Assembly: GCA_012295275.1 (NCBI GenBank)
Contig: CM022672.1
Coordinates: 11,160,001-11,224,000 of the forward strand
From: Chrysomallon squamiferum
Lineage: Eukaryota > Animalia > Mollusca
Direction of reading: 5' to 3'
DNA length: 64,000 bases
Part shown: positions 19,131-32,612 of the stretch, one piece after another
Position numbering within the stretch: the stretch's first letter is position 1
Layout: each line of letters starts with the position of its first letter
Notes under the pieces: generated by a model
Seen by the model: the letters and a program-made list of their open reading frames with translations, nothing else
What the model was told of the DNA's origin: nothing
Database searches by the model: none
Program-made: the position numbers and the translations under genes

Positions 19131-21676
19131 CATGACAAATTTTTAAAATGGATAATAAGAATCAAATATGTTTAAAGAATTACGCAAAAATATCCCGTTA
19201 TTTTTAAATTTCTTACCTTGGAAACTTTTGCATATAAATAATGTTGAAGTTGATTTTTACAAGTGTAATTGTTTGAAAGAGATGGATTTTTGTTACAGAA
19301 AGGAATAGAGAAATTATAAATGTTATTCGTTTCCTTTTTTATCATTCCATAAATTATTTTTCTTACTTTATACTTTTTAATTTAATTCACATATTACTAT
19401 ATATGTTATAGATATAGTGCTGTTGTATATTACCATTTCTTTTTAAAAATTCTCTGTATGTCAGAATTTGTTGAAAGAGTTATTGTTCATGACCCAAACA
19501 AAAAATCTTCATAAAATTATTGTTTCAGCTTATTTTATTTATGACTTATAACATAGTGACATGTATGTAAACATTTCTTTAAAAATATTTTTAGAATATT
19601 TGTTAGTAATTGTAGTTAAAATAAATTCAGTCATTACATAATGTTTTATTCTTATTACTACTTACAAAAGTAGTATTGAATTTAATTTTCGTGGTAGTAT
19701 CAAAATATTTAGCTAAGAAGAATGGTTATATCTCCAGAACCAGAATAATTGATAATGTTTTTAGATATTACATGAACAAAATGAACAGTTCAAATTGTTA
19801 AAGTAAAAATGTTTTTCAGTTATCTGAAAAAAAGTGTCATGCATTAAAATCTTTCATAACAGGTGTTTTCCCTTCTTTTTTCTTTTTTTAATCATTTTTT
19901 CCTCATTATTACTGTATATTTATATTTTTAATTAAAAAATTCAAGAAAATAATTTTCTTGTATTGTCACACTGAGAAGTCTCATATTTCAGAAAAGATAA
20001 AAGATATAAATACAAATATATGTAACTTTTTTTTTTTTATATTTCAATTTGTAAAAGATGGAATTTCATCCAAGCCCAAAAAAAATTTTTGACATTTAAT
20101 CTTAATCATTTCAGATATATAAATCCTTTTACTTTACACTGTTCTTAGTGCTTTCAGAAATAATGTTAACACATTATAATTATTAAGTTGAGAATGTTTT
20201 GCCAGATTATTTACTGATAAACATTTTTACTCTTAATGCATAATATTTATATTATAAGATAATACATTAACAGAAAAATTAACTGAGATTATCTGACTGC
20301 TTTTATTGATGACATTTTCTGCAAAATTTATTTTTTATTGTTTTTATAGATATAGCCAAATTTTTAATAAACTACAAAATATATGCTGTCTACATTTTCC
20401 AAAAGGGTAGACTAATGTATTTTTGGTGATCAAATTGGTTGAAGAAAACTCATTAGTTCATTCAACTTGGAAACTTGTAATTATTGAATCTGGGGGCCCC
20501 TGTTTGGGCTTAGTGGGTAATAGTTTTGCACCCAAGCTCACAATGTAAATTTTCTTTGTCAGTTGTTTTTGATCAAGATTATCGAAAATGTGATTGTACT
20601 TCAGCAATTTTCATATTTTTTTTTTATAATTCATTTTATTTATTATCTTAAAGTATTTGGAAGATCTTGAACATGACTTGGCATCCCATGTGACTGCCTG
20701 GCCTTATTGTTTTTATTTTTAAAATCTACATGATTATTCAGCATTATTCATTGTATTTTACTTCATTTTGGAAACTTAATTAACTGTTTTAAAAACCTGT
20801 ACAACATTTCTTAAAGTGCCTTGCAAGCTTTATTTAAAATTGTCATTTTTTTTTTCAAACTACAGGTATCAATTATATTGGCTTCAGTTTTAAAATAAGT
20901 GTTCAAGATTATTTTTACTTGTTGTTTTGTTACATTTATAGCAATCAGTTTGGTTTTCTTTTTATTAAATTGTGTATTATTTTTCTTCTTTAAATTCATG
21001 ATGTTTGAATGAAGTAGATTAAACAAATACTGATTGGAATGTTTTTTGTTTTTATTTATTTGGATGTTAACTACATCACTCTGCTCATGTACAGTATTTA
21101 AGAACAGAAGGCTAGTTATATGTAATATTCAATACTAATTAAAAAAACATGTTTAATAACTAACAAATTGTTCCCTGTAATAACTTAGTGCCAAATTATA
21201 AAATCTACTCTCAGCATAAATAATATAACTTTTATACATAAATGTATTTGTGAGATCTGGGTGGATTAGTGTACAAGTATCAACAAAAAAAACCTCAAAC
21301 AACAAATCAAAATGCAGTAATCATTTCCAAGAAATTATTTTTTATTAATAATAGTTCAGATAAATTCACGATCCAGTATATCCTGAGTATGGATAAAATT
21401 ATCTATAAAATATTTTTTATTAAAGTAGATACTGTTCTACAAAAAAGCATTTGGTAAATTGGTTATATGTATGGTTTAAATAAATATTATTAAATATAAA
21501 ATTAATTACATCCTGAGACAGTAGGTTAATGATCTATCCAGCCATTACACCAGCATCACTTATTTATTTTTATATTTAAACTTTCAAATAAAAATACAAT
21601 TCTTGAAAACCACTTTAATAAACTTATTTGAGGACTGACTCCATTAATGTATTCATTACTAGTAACTTGTATTAAA

Positions 21677-23426
21677 TTATCGTTTACTGCCTGTTGGTCT
21701 TGGCAAATGACTTTTATTTCTGTGGTAAGGTGTTTCATTCATCCTCTGTGGCATGTAACATGAATTGTCTTTATTTTGAACCCTTCTGTGATGTAAACCT
21801 CTCCCTCTTCCTTGATGCTCAACACCATATGATCCATTATATTTTGGTCTATAAGGAGAATCTGAATAACAATTAACTACACTTCTCTGCTGCATGTTGT
21901 TGTAAGAATTATCACCCCAGTCTCTACCTCCAGGCTCTCTGCAACTGTGTGATCTTCTGTACGGAACATTATAAGGTGGCACAGCAACACCACCGTAACT
22001 GCAAGATACATTACGTGAATGTTGGTTATATCCTTGATTGTAATTTGGATTAAACCAGGTATTACACTTGTAATTTTTTGAACTGTTTCTGTGTTCTGGA
22101 GAACGATGATGATGAACTGCAGATTTTGTTGGAGATGTTCTATTTCTGTGTCTTGTTTTCCATTTACCTGCTAACTTTTCAGTTTCATGGCTGACACTAA
22201 GTTCAAATGATTTCTTTTTAACATTGCTGTATTTCTTTTCATCCTTAACAAAACCTTTTGGGTGTGGTGTGATTTTTCCTCTAAAATGTAAGAGAAAGTT
22301 AAATGTATTTTTTTTACATTTTTTATTGAAATATTTTTATCGTAAAAATTGTTTTCTGGATCTTCTTTTGCTAATAAAGTATGATGATAAATCATGTTCT
22401 TATGGAATCACATAAACACCACCATTTTTATTTTTTGTTACCAATTGCAGACTGATTAATAAATGTTTCTCTTGAAAATTGGCAAATCTATTGGCAAATC
22501 TATACTATTCATCATTAATTTTCATAACAATAAATATCTGGTACTTCATTTTCAGCTTAATATTATTTGTACTAAATTTCAAAAATGTTTCTAAATTATC
22601 TGCTTACGCTGTTCTTTTCTTCAGATCGTCTAAATAATTCTCACGTTCTATAGAATGACCTCTGGCAGTTCCAAAAGCTGTCAAAAATGAGAAATTGGAT
22701 AAAAGTAACCATTTATAAAAATAAAGTTTAATATATTCTTGACTACTGCTATCTTAAAGCCGTTAAATCAACTGGAAAACAAAAATGTAAAACTTTAAGG
22801 ATGATCTGAGTAATATGAAGTACACTCACCTGCTATTGCATCTTCAGGCTCAAAATTTAAATTCTCAATCATGTACCTTAATAGAAAAAAATAATTCTTT
22901 TTTAAAATTGTTCACTGTTATGAAATATTTTTTCTCACTCTGATGTTGTAGTATTTATATGCATATAATGCAGTTTTCTATAAAATATTACTGATTTCTT
23001 TATATCTTACCTGCACAAAAAATAACCTGTTCTGTTAACTCCATGAGTACAGTGCACTCCAACTACAGTGTCTGAAAAATGTAAACTTTAATGTTGAAAT
23101 AAATGTCTTAAATGTATTTAGGTCATCCTAAATGTTATACACATATGATATGTATGTATGTAAATTGCTTATAATTTTAATGCTGAAATACTGTAATATA
23201 AATAGACTGTCCTAAATGCCACGTGCAAATATATGTATAATTGCTTACAACTTTAATGTATCATAAAATTAAAAAGGCCACACATAGACACATATACACA
23301 CACAAACATATGTACATTAAATTGCTTATAATTTTAATACTGAAATATCATAATATACTTAGGTAATCCTAAATGTCATACTGTAAGTATATAATTATAT
23401 GCAACTGCTTTAAAGTGTCATGCCAC

Positions 23427-23469
<43 letters not shown>

Positions 23470-25546
23470 ATTGCTTATAACTTTAATGTTGAAAAATCAT
23501 AAAATGCAAATGGTCTGTCCTAACTGACATATGTATGTAATTGCTTGCACAATTAGTAAAATTTAACTGTCTGCATGCTGGTGTATTTATGATCAAATAA
23601 TTAAACAATTCAATCTTACTAGTGTGTTCAGGATTATCTATAAAATCACTAACGGAATCAGCAAATCTGCAAAATAAATAAATAAATTAACAATAAAAAT
23701 AAATAACAGACTCAATCATACCTAATGTATTTACAGAGAACTTGTAGATTATATTTATTTTAATTTGTTATTATTAATGATCTTTATTAAGCAATATAAA
23801 TACTTTATTATTACTAATGGTCTTTATTAAGAGGTAATTTTTTTAAAATATATATATATATTAATTAACATTCTAACATATATTACCTTAGAGTCAGACA
23901 TAACTCTTCTCAAAACTTTTTACAACAGTTATCAAAATAAGAAATAAAACACCTTCAGTAATGAGTTTAACAGAAATTCTTCCTCTATAGGCTCAATACT
24001 TTATTATTAGCAAAGGCTGATGTCCTTAAAAATTTATAATTTTATAACTAGTAATATTATCTCAGCCATTTTATAGCACAAAATGTTGGTCTCTAGAATT
24101 AAATCTAAATTATTAAAGATTAAGGTAAACAAATAAATAAATATATATATTCAGTGATTAAATCTGAAATTTAAAATATTTACCAAGAATAGAAACAGTT
24201 CTTACGTGCAGTACACATCATCATTTGGAATGATGTGACCAGCAGTCATTATCTTCAAATACTTTATAGAATGTTTCTCAAATATCTGCAAAGAAGAAGT
24301 AAAAAAAAAAATGGTTTAATACAATCTGCAGCATTAATGTTTTATTTCTATGCTATGGCATTTAAGATTTTGTGTATGAATGCATAACATTTAAATTTAA
24401 AATAGCATTGCTGTTACAATTAAGGATTAACAAAACTGGTTAAGCAGTTAAGTACTCAACACCCTTCTTAAAAAAAAAAAAAAAAAAAAAAACTAAAAGA
24501 AAACATTCAACATTTGAAATTTTAAAATATTTTTATCTCATTCACAATGTACTGAGGAAATGAGGAATAAAAATAAAATGATTACCCTAAAAAATAAGAA
24601 TCAGTAAATTGAAAAGAATTCACTGAAGTTATTAAATTAACTTACTTGACCATCATAATATTTATTAGTGTATGTCAGATCGATAACCATACCAAGTTTC
24701 TGTCCCTTTTTTGCCACCATTGACATTAAGATCCTAGGGGTGAATCTGAAAAAATGCAGTCAGTTGCTAACCATACTGAAATACTGATTATAAATTATAC
24801 AGATGTATTAAAAACAACTTATTAACCGAAAAGAAATTATTTGTCATTAACATAGATCAATAAAGGACAATGTTAACAAATATTGATTGCAAATATATAA
24901 TAATATATTAAAGTTTGGTTTTGAATGAAAACAAATTAGCAATTAAGATACAAAAAAACAACAACAACAACAAAAAAATAAACACCTTTGAATTTGGAAT
25001 TTTAACAAATAATATTATTAACATATACAGAAAAGATATTTTAAAAAAAAATTTTTTAAAAAGAAACTCAAACAAAAACAATAATTCTCATGAATAAATT
25101 AAAGATTGTTGAAGAAAAAAAAAATTTAAAAATTTAAAATTAAAATAATAATATTAATACTAAATAAATAAATACAGAACAAATTTAAAATAAAAACAAA
25201 CAAAAACTAACCTCTGAGGTTTTTGGAGACTCTCACACAGTTCCTAGAAAAAGATTATGTTATCTTACATTACATTATTTTATACTTTTGTTTTGTTTTA
25301 CAAGCCTACTAGTGATGATAGCAAAAAGATACAAACATACAAATGAGATAAATATAAATATATTACACTTAAGAGTCAACCATTCTAATCATATTTAAAC
25401 CTTCCATTAAATACTGCACTTACATCTTTTAAAGGCACTTTACAGGCAAACAATCTGGTTCCCTCTATGATTTTTCCTAATGGTGTATATATTTCCCATC
25501 TGAAAAATATGGTATACCAATCTGTACAAATAATAACTATTATTAT

Positions 25547-25583
<37 letters not shown>

Positions 25584-26011
25584 CACCGTCCTCTCTTAGT
25601 ACAAAATTGGGCACGGTAACTAGAAATAAAATTAGCGTAAGCCAGGTTTCTCATTATTTATACAATAAAAAAATTTGATTAAATTATTAATATTACTATT
25701 AGTATTAATAGTATTATATTTATACTTTTATAACATTAGTATTACTAGAGCCTCCATTCACAGAACAACATAAATCTGTAAATTTATTATAAGTTTATGT
25801 CAAATAGTGGCGATGTAAAAACGCACTGAACACTTATTATGAACATTCTGTTGATATTAATTGCTGATACTACAAGAATTTACTGTTTTGTCTACAAGTA
25901 CAAACGTTGAATTTTGAATGAGCTATCAATCGAAAACTAATCATGTTGTTGAATGTAATAACTAATACTGAGAAATGAAATGAATAAAACATACCGATCA
26001 GGCGGGGGCAT
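21677..26011 (-). CDS. DUSP11: RNA 5'-tri/diphosphatase, dual-specificity phosphatase 11 (PIR1)
   Basis: Exons 26011-25995, 25499-25424, 25243-25212, 24745-24646, 24285-24206, 23666-23620, 23071-23011, 22876-22830, 22677-22608, 22280-21677. Motifs MPPPDRW..P.G..I.GTR..ACKVPL, LGMVIDLTYTNKYY, active site VGVHCTHGVNRTGY, ARGHSIERENY. Basic low-complexity tail and no guanylyltransferase domain, so not the capping enzyme. Confidence 0.9.
23085..23550. repeat. Diverged intronic tandem repeat, about 5-6 units of roughly 70-140 bp
   Basis: Recurrent attgctta(t/c)aa(t/c)tttaat..tgaaa..tcctaa blocks in a DUSP11 intron. Confidence 0.65.
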
Positions 26012-26019
26012 TTTTAAAA

Positions 26020-26230
26020 CTGAATAATGAACCACACTTCACAGATCGAAAACGTACAACAACTTCCTTTCGGAGTTCACGATAACATTTTATTTCCAGT
26101 CCAATCGTAACACTTCGACTATTTCCGCATATTCACGACAATTCTCGAAGATGTTCTTTTAGCGGGAAAACTTAAAGATTTTCACCAAAAAAGAAAAGAA
26201 AAGGAAAAAGCCTTTTGCATCAATTTTAAG
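26020..26230. promoter_or_regulatory. Compact bidirectional promoter DUSP11/REC8 with REC8 non-coding exon 1
   Basis: DUSP11 ATG at 26011 (-); plus-strand donor aag|gtgag after 26230; CpG-rich relative to flanks; E2F-like GCGGGAAA at 26162; ETS-like ACTTCC at 26062. Confidence 0.55.
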
Positions 26231-27024
26231 GTGAGAGGAACCAACTAGATTAATTATCTAAAACGTACAACATTCCTATGTATTTTTTTTCTTAAAATTC
26301 ATATAATAGGATGCAGACTGCAGTAATTTACGTAGATATTTAAATTGGTGATAGTGTCAAAAAACCTGTCCCAAATTTGATGAGTCTAAGTTAAGAACCT
26401 AACGTATTTAAAATAGATTTAAAAAGTAATATATTGTTACTAAAATTTATTTTTTAAGTAACATATGCATGCAGTTTATTTTAGAAATGAGATAAAAAAA
26501 AAAAAAAAAAAAAATGATAATATTAAAATAACCCAAATATTAAGTGATTATAGCAGTGCAGACGGACATACAGAGTAAGTGGCTACATCGAATGGCCAAT
26601 GTCTGGAGTTGATCTTCACCTCGTTGTTTATTATCCGAATTCTCATTATAAAATTAACTAGGATATAATGTGCGTGTTGTCGCAGTTGCAAATTCACGAA
26701 ATATGCTTATCAGATTTAATAGCACAATAATATACGTTTACTTATTATTTTTCATGTGAACATATTTAACTGGCAGATGGATGGACCAGTTTTGATTTGT
26801 GTAATATTGGTATCATTGAATAATCAGACGAGTTATTATTAATTAACTAATTTATTTTTATTTTATTTTTTATTTTCAATAAAGCTCTAATATAACTGGT
26901 TGAAATGTTGATTAAAATAATCCATCAGAAGTTTTTAGTTCAGTATAAAATACTTGTTCTATAATATTACTGAAACTATAAAATTACATATTTCAGGTTT
27001 TGCTGAAGCCCTTAATTGAAAATC

Positions 27025-27208
27025 ATGTTTTATAGTCAGGATATTTTACAGAAAAGAGGTGGTAAATTTGGAATAATATGGTAAGTTGTAACAGGGAAGT
27101 ATTGCATATTGAAAATTAAAAACATTTTTTTATTTTTTATTTTCCTTTTTTATAGTATTATTACTAATGCCACTACCACTGCTGTGGTTCATACCACAAC
27201 TATTACTA

Positions 27209-27240
<32 letters not shown>

Positions 27241-30200
27241 GTTTTTTAGTAATCATAAAATAAATTGCTTTGAAATGCCAACTGCATCTAGTGTGTATTT
27301 AATATTTGAGGTTATGTAAAATAAAAAAAAAAAAAAAAACCTGCACAAAATTGTTTTTTTTTATGAATTTGTTTTCTTTTTGGGTCATTCCGTGTCAAAT
27401 CACCCCCCCAAAAAAAAGAAATTTAAACCTGACTGTCTCAGATTTTTATAAAACTTGGTATACTTGTTGACTGGGATCCCACAGCACCAAATCTGAAATA
27501 TTAGCCCAATTGGATCAGTGGTGTGGGAGATATGGCCCACCAAATTTTGAGATTTTTGGCAAAAATGGGTGTGACCACCAACCTTAGAACCCTCATATCT
27601 CAGGAACTACTGGGCCAAACTTCATAAAATTGGTATTGTTGAAAAGGTAATATGACAAGGATTCCAAATATGCCATTTTTGTTCAGTTTGGAAAATACTG
27701 GAGTACATTGACCTATTGACCTTTGCTATGACCTTGAAATTGAACGTGTGGATCACGTGACCTTGAGATGACCTTTATTGAAATTTAATCTCCCACATGT
27801 TAATTAAAACATATAAAAGTTTCCTGGGTGTAATGTTTCTTGTTTAGCCACAATATAGATTTAAAAAATGCACATACATGAAAATAACACCTTTTCAGCC
27901 ATTAACATCTGATTAACTAAAACGTGAATGATCAATACTGGATGCTAGGAATCACCATCTTTCTTGGTCATCGAGTAAGACATTGTAGGCCTACATGTAT
28001 GCATAAAGTTCACATTATAAGTTTTATAAAAATCTGAGACGGTCGGGTTTAACCCATTGGGTGATTTGACACGGAATGACCCTTTTTTTTTTTTTTCTAT
28101 TAATCTGTTGCTTAAATGACATATTCTTTAAAATCTATTTATCTACATATTTAAGATCAGTATCGAAAGTACCTTTTTAATATAATTTGAGTTCTACAAA
28201 TAAACAATAAGAAACTAATTTATTTGTTTGATTTTTTGTTGATTTAGGATTGCTGCAACTCAGCCAAAAAAATTAACTCGACGGGATTATGCCAGAGTCA
28301 ATGTGAAAAAAACAAGGTATTACTGATTATCATGAACAATTTGTTTTAACTTCTTATTTTCAAAAGTAAAAATTAACTTATTTTAATATTATATTTTATC
28401 TCATTTCACATTATCTTTACTGTCTTTATCAGTAAAATGAACCATCAAAATAAAACATGCAACAAACATTTTGTACCAGTTTATTAAAAATGTTAAGAAT
28501 TTAACAATAATTAAAAAAAATTATGATTCATAAATTGTTTTTTTATTTCTTTTAATGATGTTTAGGATTTTATAAATCTGTTTACATTATGTAAAGAAAG
28601 CATTTTTGAAACTGTACAAAAAATTCTCAAAAAGAACAGTAACAAAGAAAATGATTCATGAAAATATAGATTTGAATGTAAGTATTGGTATATAACTGAC
28701 TTTCCAGTGAGGCCATTTTGAATTGTATACAAATTCCCCCCACAAAACGAGGAAGCTTTGAAACTCGACTTTCTCTGTATTTGTCTTCTCAACTTATGTT
28801 TGGAGTTGTTCGCTGTCTTAATAAACAGGTGGACTTTTTGCTAGGTTTGTATCACCTTACATTTATTTTAAAATATTTTCAAGTTAAAATAATTTTTATT
28901 ATTAAGAACTGTGAAAAGCTGGTTATAAGAAAATTACAAATTAATTTCTTTCAGATAAAATTTTTTCATATTTGATAACTTTATTATTTTTAAAAGAGAG
29001 TATTTATCAGATGACAGATGGTTAATTTTGATAATTATATGATTATGAGTTAGTTCCCTTTGAAAAGACTGCACATAATTCTGTGTAGAGAATTTCTTTT
29101 CGTCAACACAGTCTAAGTGTTGAAAACCTTTCTAAATGCTACCAAGTCTTTCACTGAAATTATTTATTTTATTATTACTTTATTTTTCGTGAAAAGGTGA
29201 TGTTCGTGGTTTCCTTGGACAAATTAGAAGTACTACAGCTCATTCTTCAACAGCTGACATAGATCTAAAAGTAATGCCTAGGTAAATTATTTGTGATATA
29301 TTAAAACTTGTATAAAAGCTGTGTACTTTGTTTTCAGAGGACATTTTTACTTTTCTTGAAACAATGTATTTTTAACAATTGCAAATAAGATATTTGATTT
29401 AGATACATAAAATATAATTTAACCTGAAGTTTTCCTCATCAGTCTAAAAACAGTTTTCTGCTAAAAAATATTTCATTAGTTTTGAAAAAGCTGTTTTGCT
29501 TATTTATTTTTATTTAAATGAAAGAAAAAAAGGAAATAATATGTCCTATAAACTTAAAAAAAAAAAAAAAAAATAAATAAAAGCAAAAAAATACAAAATA
29601 AAAAAAAAATGTATTTTTTTTAAACAACAATAAAAAAAATAAAAAAATATAAATAAAATATTTTTAACATGACTCCAGATATAGTTCTTTCTTGCTTATT
29701 ATATTTAATGTCTGTTCCACAATTAAATAATAGAATGGATTTAGAATTTGTAAAAGTTTATTCATAAAAGTATATAGAGAAAAATAATTAGCATGTTTTA
29801 ATCATTTACATATTTTATTAAAAAGACTGCTTTTCTTAGAATAAGGACAAAGTTAAAAAAGTGATGAAGTAATGAAAAATTCCTAAAGTACTCTGTTCAA
29901 CAATTATCCTTGTTTTATAAGTTTTATTAAAGTAGTCTAATATTAATGTGAGTCTTTCTGTATGAATGTAAATGTGTTTATTTGTATGTTTGTATGTATT
30001 TATGCATGTATGTATATATGTATATGTTTGTACTATTTAATAAATTGTAATTCCAGAGCTGAACAGGTTACTCTGATGGACATGGCTGCTGCATCTGACA
30101 TACGAGGTCCTTTCTGTGACCCATTTTTTGGAAAATTTGACAGGGAAGACATGATGAAGCAATTAGCTATATTGGTTTGTTCTTTATAAATCTTGTTTTG

Positions 30201-32578
30201 ACTGTTATTATTTATTATTGTTATTGTTGTTGTTGTTTTTGTTGTTAATTTGAATACTGAATTTGGTAAATTTAAAAAATGAAAAGGAAAGAAAGAAGAA
30301 AATAAAGATTTCGTATTCATACTGTTGTAATATTTTTTTTTCTTTCTATTGTGGCTTTTTCCTGTAATAGAAAAACTGACCACATATATATTATGAAAAT
30401 ACTGACCAGTTATAGAACAAGCAAATATTGTTTATAAATTGTAGATGTACTATCCATGTGTTTGGTACTAAATACAGTATGTTATGATTCTGAAACTTTG
30501 AACATTCAAAAGCTGGTGATAAATTTAACATACACATTTCTTGTTGGTACAAATAAGTGTTAATAATTTTACAGGATGAATGGAGGATGCAGATGTCAGT
30601 GGAACCTTCTGGAAGTCCATCCATGACGCATCCAACAACACCCAGAATGAAGAAAGATATAAAAGAGAAACCATTCAAACCAGGTTTGTTTACATTAAAT
30701 ATGACCTTAGTGGTTTGTATAGTTGGCTTAAATACATGTTCTGTACTTAGGGGTGATTGTTTTTACACTCAGTCTTTGCTGTCAATTATATAAAAGAAAT
30801 TTATAAATAATGTTGGAGACCTGCATTTTATCTTAGGTATCATTTAAGATAGATAATTGTTAAAAATAAAATAATGTAGTATCTGAACATAGTGTACCTA
30901 TAGTTCATCAGCACAGTCTTTTTAAGCCATTTTCACCTTTCTGTAATATTCTCTTTATTTAGGAAGGTAACATAATATTATTGTTACATACAACTTTCAG
31001 TTGTTACAGTTTTATCATTATCATTGTCATTGTCATTGTCATTATCATTATCATTATCATTATCATTTTTTTTTTTTTTTTTTTTTTTAATTTATTTGGC
31101 AAAGATCTAGTTGTACAATGGAGAGGTCAAAGTTATTTAGTATTGTGATATTTTATTATTAACAAAGATAGTTCAGATGTGACAAATCAACAGGGACTTC
31201 AAAGTAGGCCAAATGTATTTAGACATATTTTGCAACTTAGAACTGTTGCCTAACGTCTCATGAAACATAACAAAAATAAAATGTTAGAGCAAATAAAGAA
31301 TTATTTTCTCTTTTTTTTTTTTTTTTTTTAAGTTGTTGGAGATCCACATACAGTGTCTGATCCAAAAGACATAAAACTTAAAGAAATATCTGACCAACTA
31401 GATTCAATAGAGGTTTGGTATTGTAAAATTTACTAATGTTTTAGACCTGAATAATAGTTGGATTTAAGAGAATATTAAGACTTTATTTTATTTCACCAGA
31501 ATTATTAATAAGATGGTTTTTCTTGTCTTTTAAAATGCAAATGTTCAGAACAATTATAATAATAAATAATAATAACAAAGAACCAAAATAAAAATAAATA
31601 AATAAAAAATAAAATAAATAGTAATGACGAGTCTAATGAAGAAATTATGCAATTGTGTATTGTTAATTAATTCTATTTTTAATTATAGTAACAATGGTGC
31701 ATAAAAATACTGAACCTGACCAAAACATGCCAGATCAGATAGATAATAAATGAATCTGACTGAAAAGGACTTTAAAATGAATATACTTGCACTTTTTCAG
31801 TTTCAGTTTCAGTTAATTTCTGATGCATACATCCAGTGTATTAAAATGATTTCAGATTCCTGGTGTAAAAGAACTTCCTGGATTGTTTGGTGAAGATCTG
31901 GATTTAGCCGATGATTCTCCTGAAGCAGATACCATGGTTGAAGAGTTGTTGTCTCCAAGAACAATGCCAATAATAACTGAAATGTAGGTACTGTTCAACT
32001 CTGATAGCATCATGGCCATCAATATACCATTAAATGACTGCATTAGATAAAAAATCCTGCCAAATTTCACTGATTAATTCAGTCGAGAATGTCAGCAAAA
32101 CATGGATTTATATAATTGACCACCTAAGTTTCTGTGGTGTCAAAAAACCCCAGAAAGTGTGGATGATTCTAGGGATAATACTTTATTTCACTATATATTA
32201 AAAGAGTCTGGCTGTTTAATACAAATATTTCCATTAACAGCTGTATTTCTGAAAATTACATTTTTATTTAACTGTTAATTAAAATGAATCGAATGGATTA
32301 TGTCTTTTAAACATCATACTCAATTTTAGTTCTGTTTAACAGTTTTTAATTTGAATATTTAAAATAATTTTGTATCTTCCATTGAAAGTTTATATATTTT
32401 CATTCTATTATTTTAATTTTATTCCCAGTGAATCTCTGACGCCTGAGGAAAAAACACCTGCAGTTAGACCTGTTCAAAGGAGAGCACCTCCTTCACCCGG
32501 TGTGACTCCTGCACCTCCTACAAAGGCTAGAACTATAAAGGTGTGTGGATATTGTTATCTTTATATTCTTCTGATTAG

Positions 32579-32612
<34 letters not shown>

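Noticed and set aside
22321-22370. Possible extra DUSP11 exon (ttattag|caaaagaag..|gtaaaa)
   Set aside because: It contains a stop in the required phase, and the 22608-to-22280 junction is already in frame.
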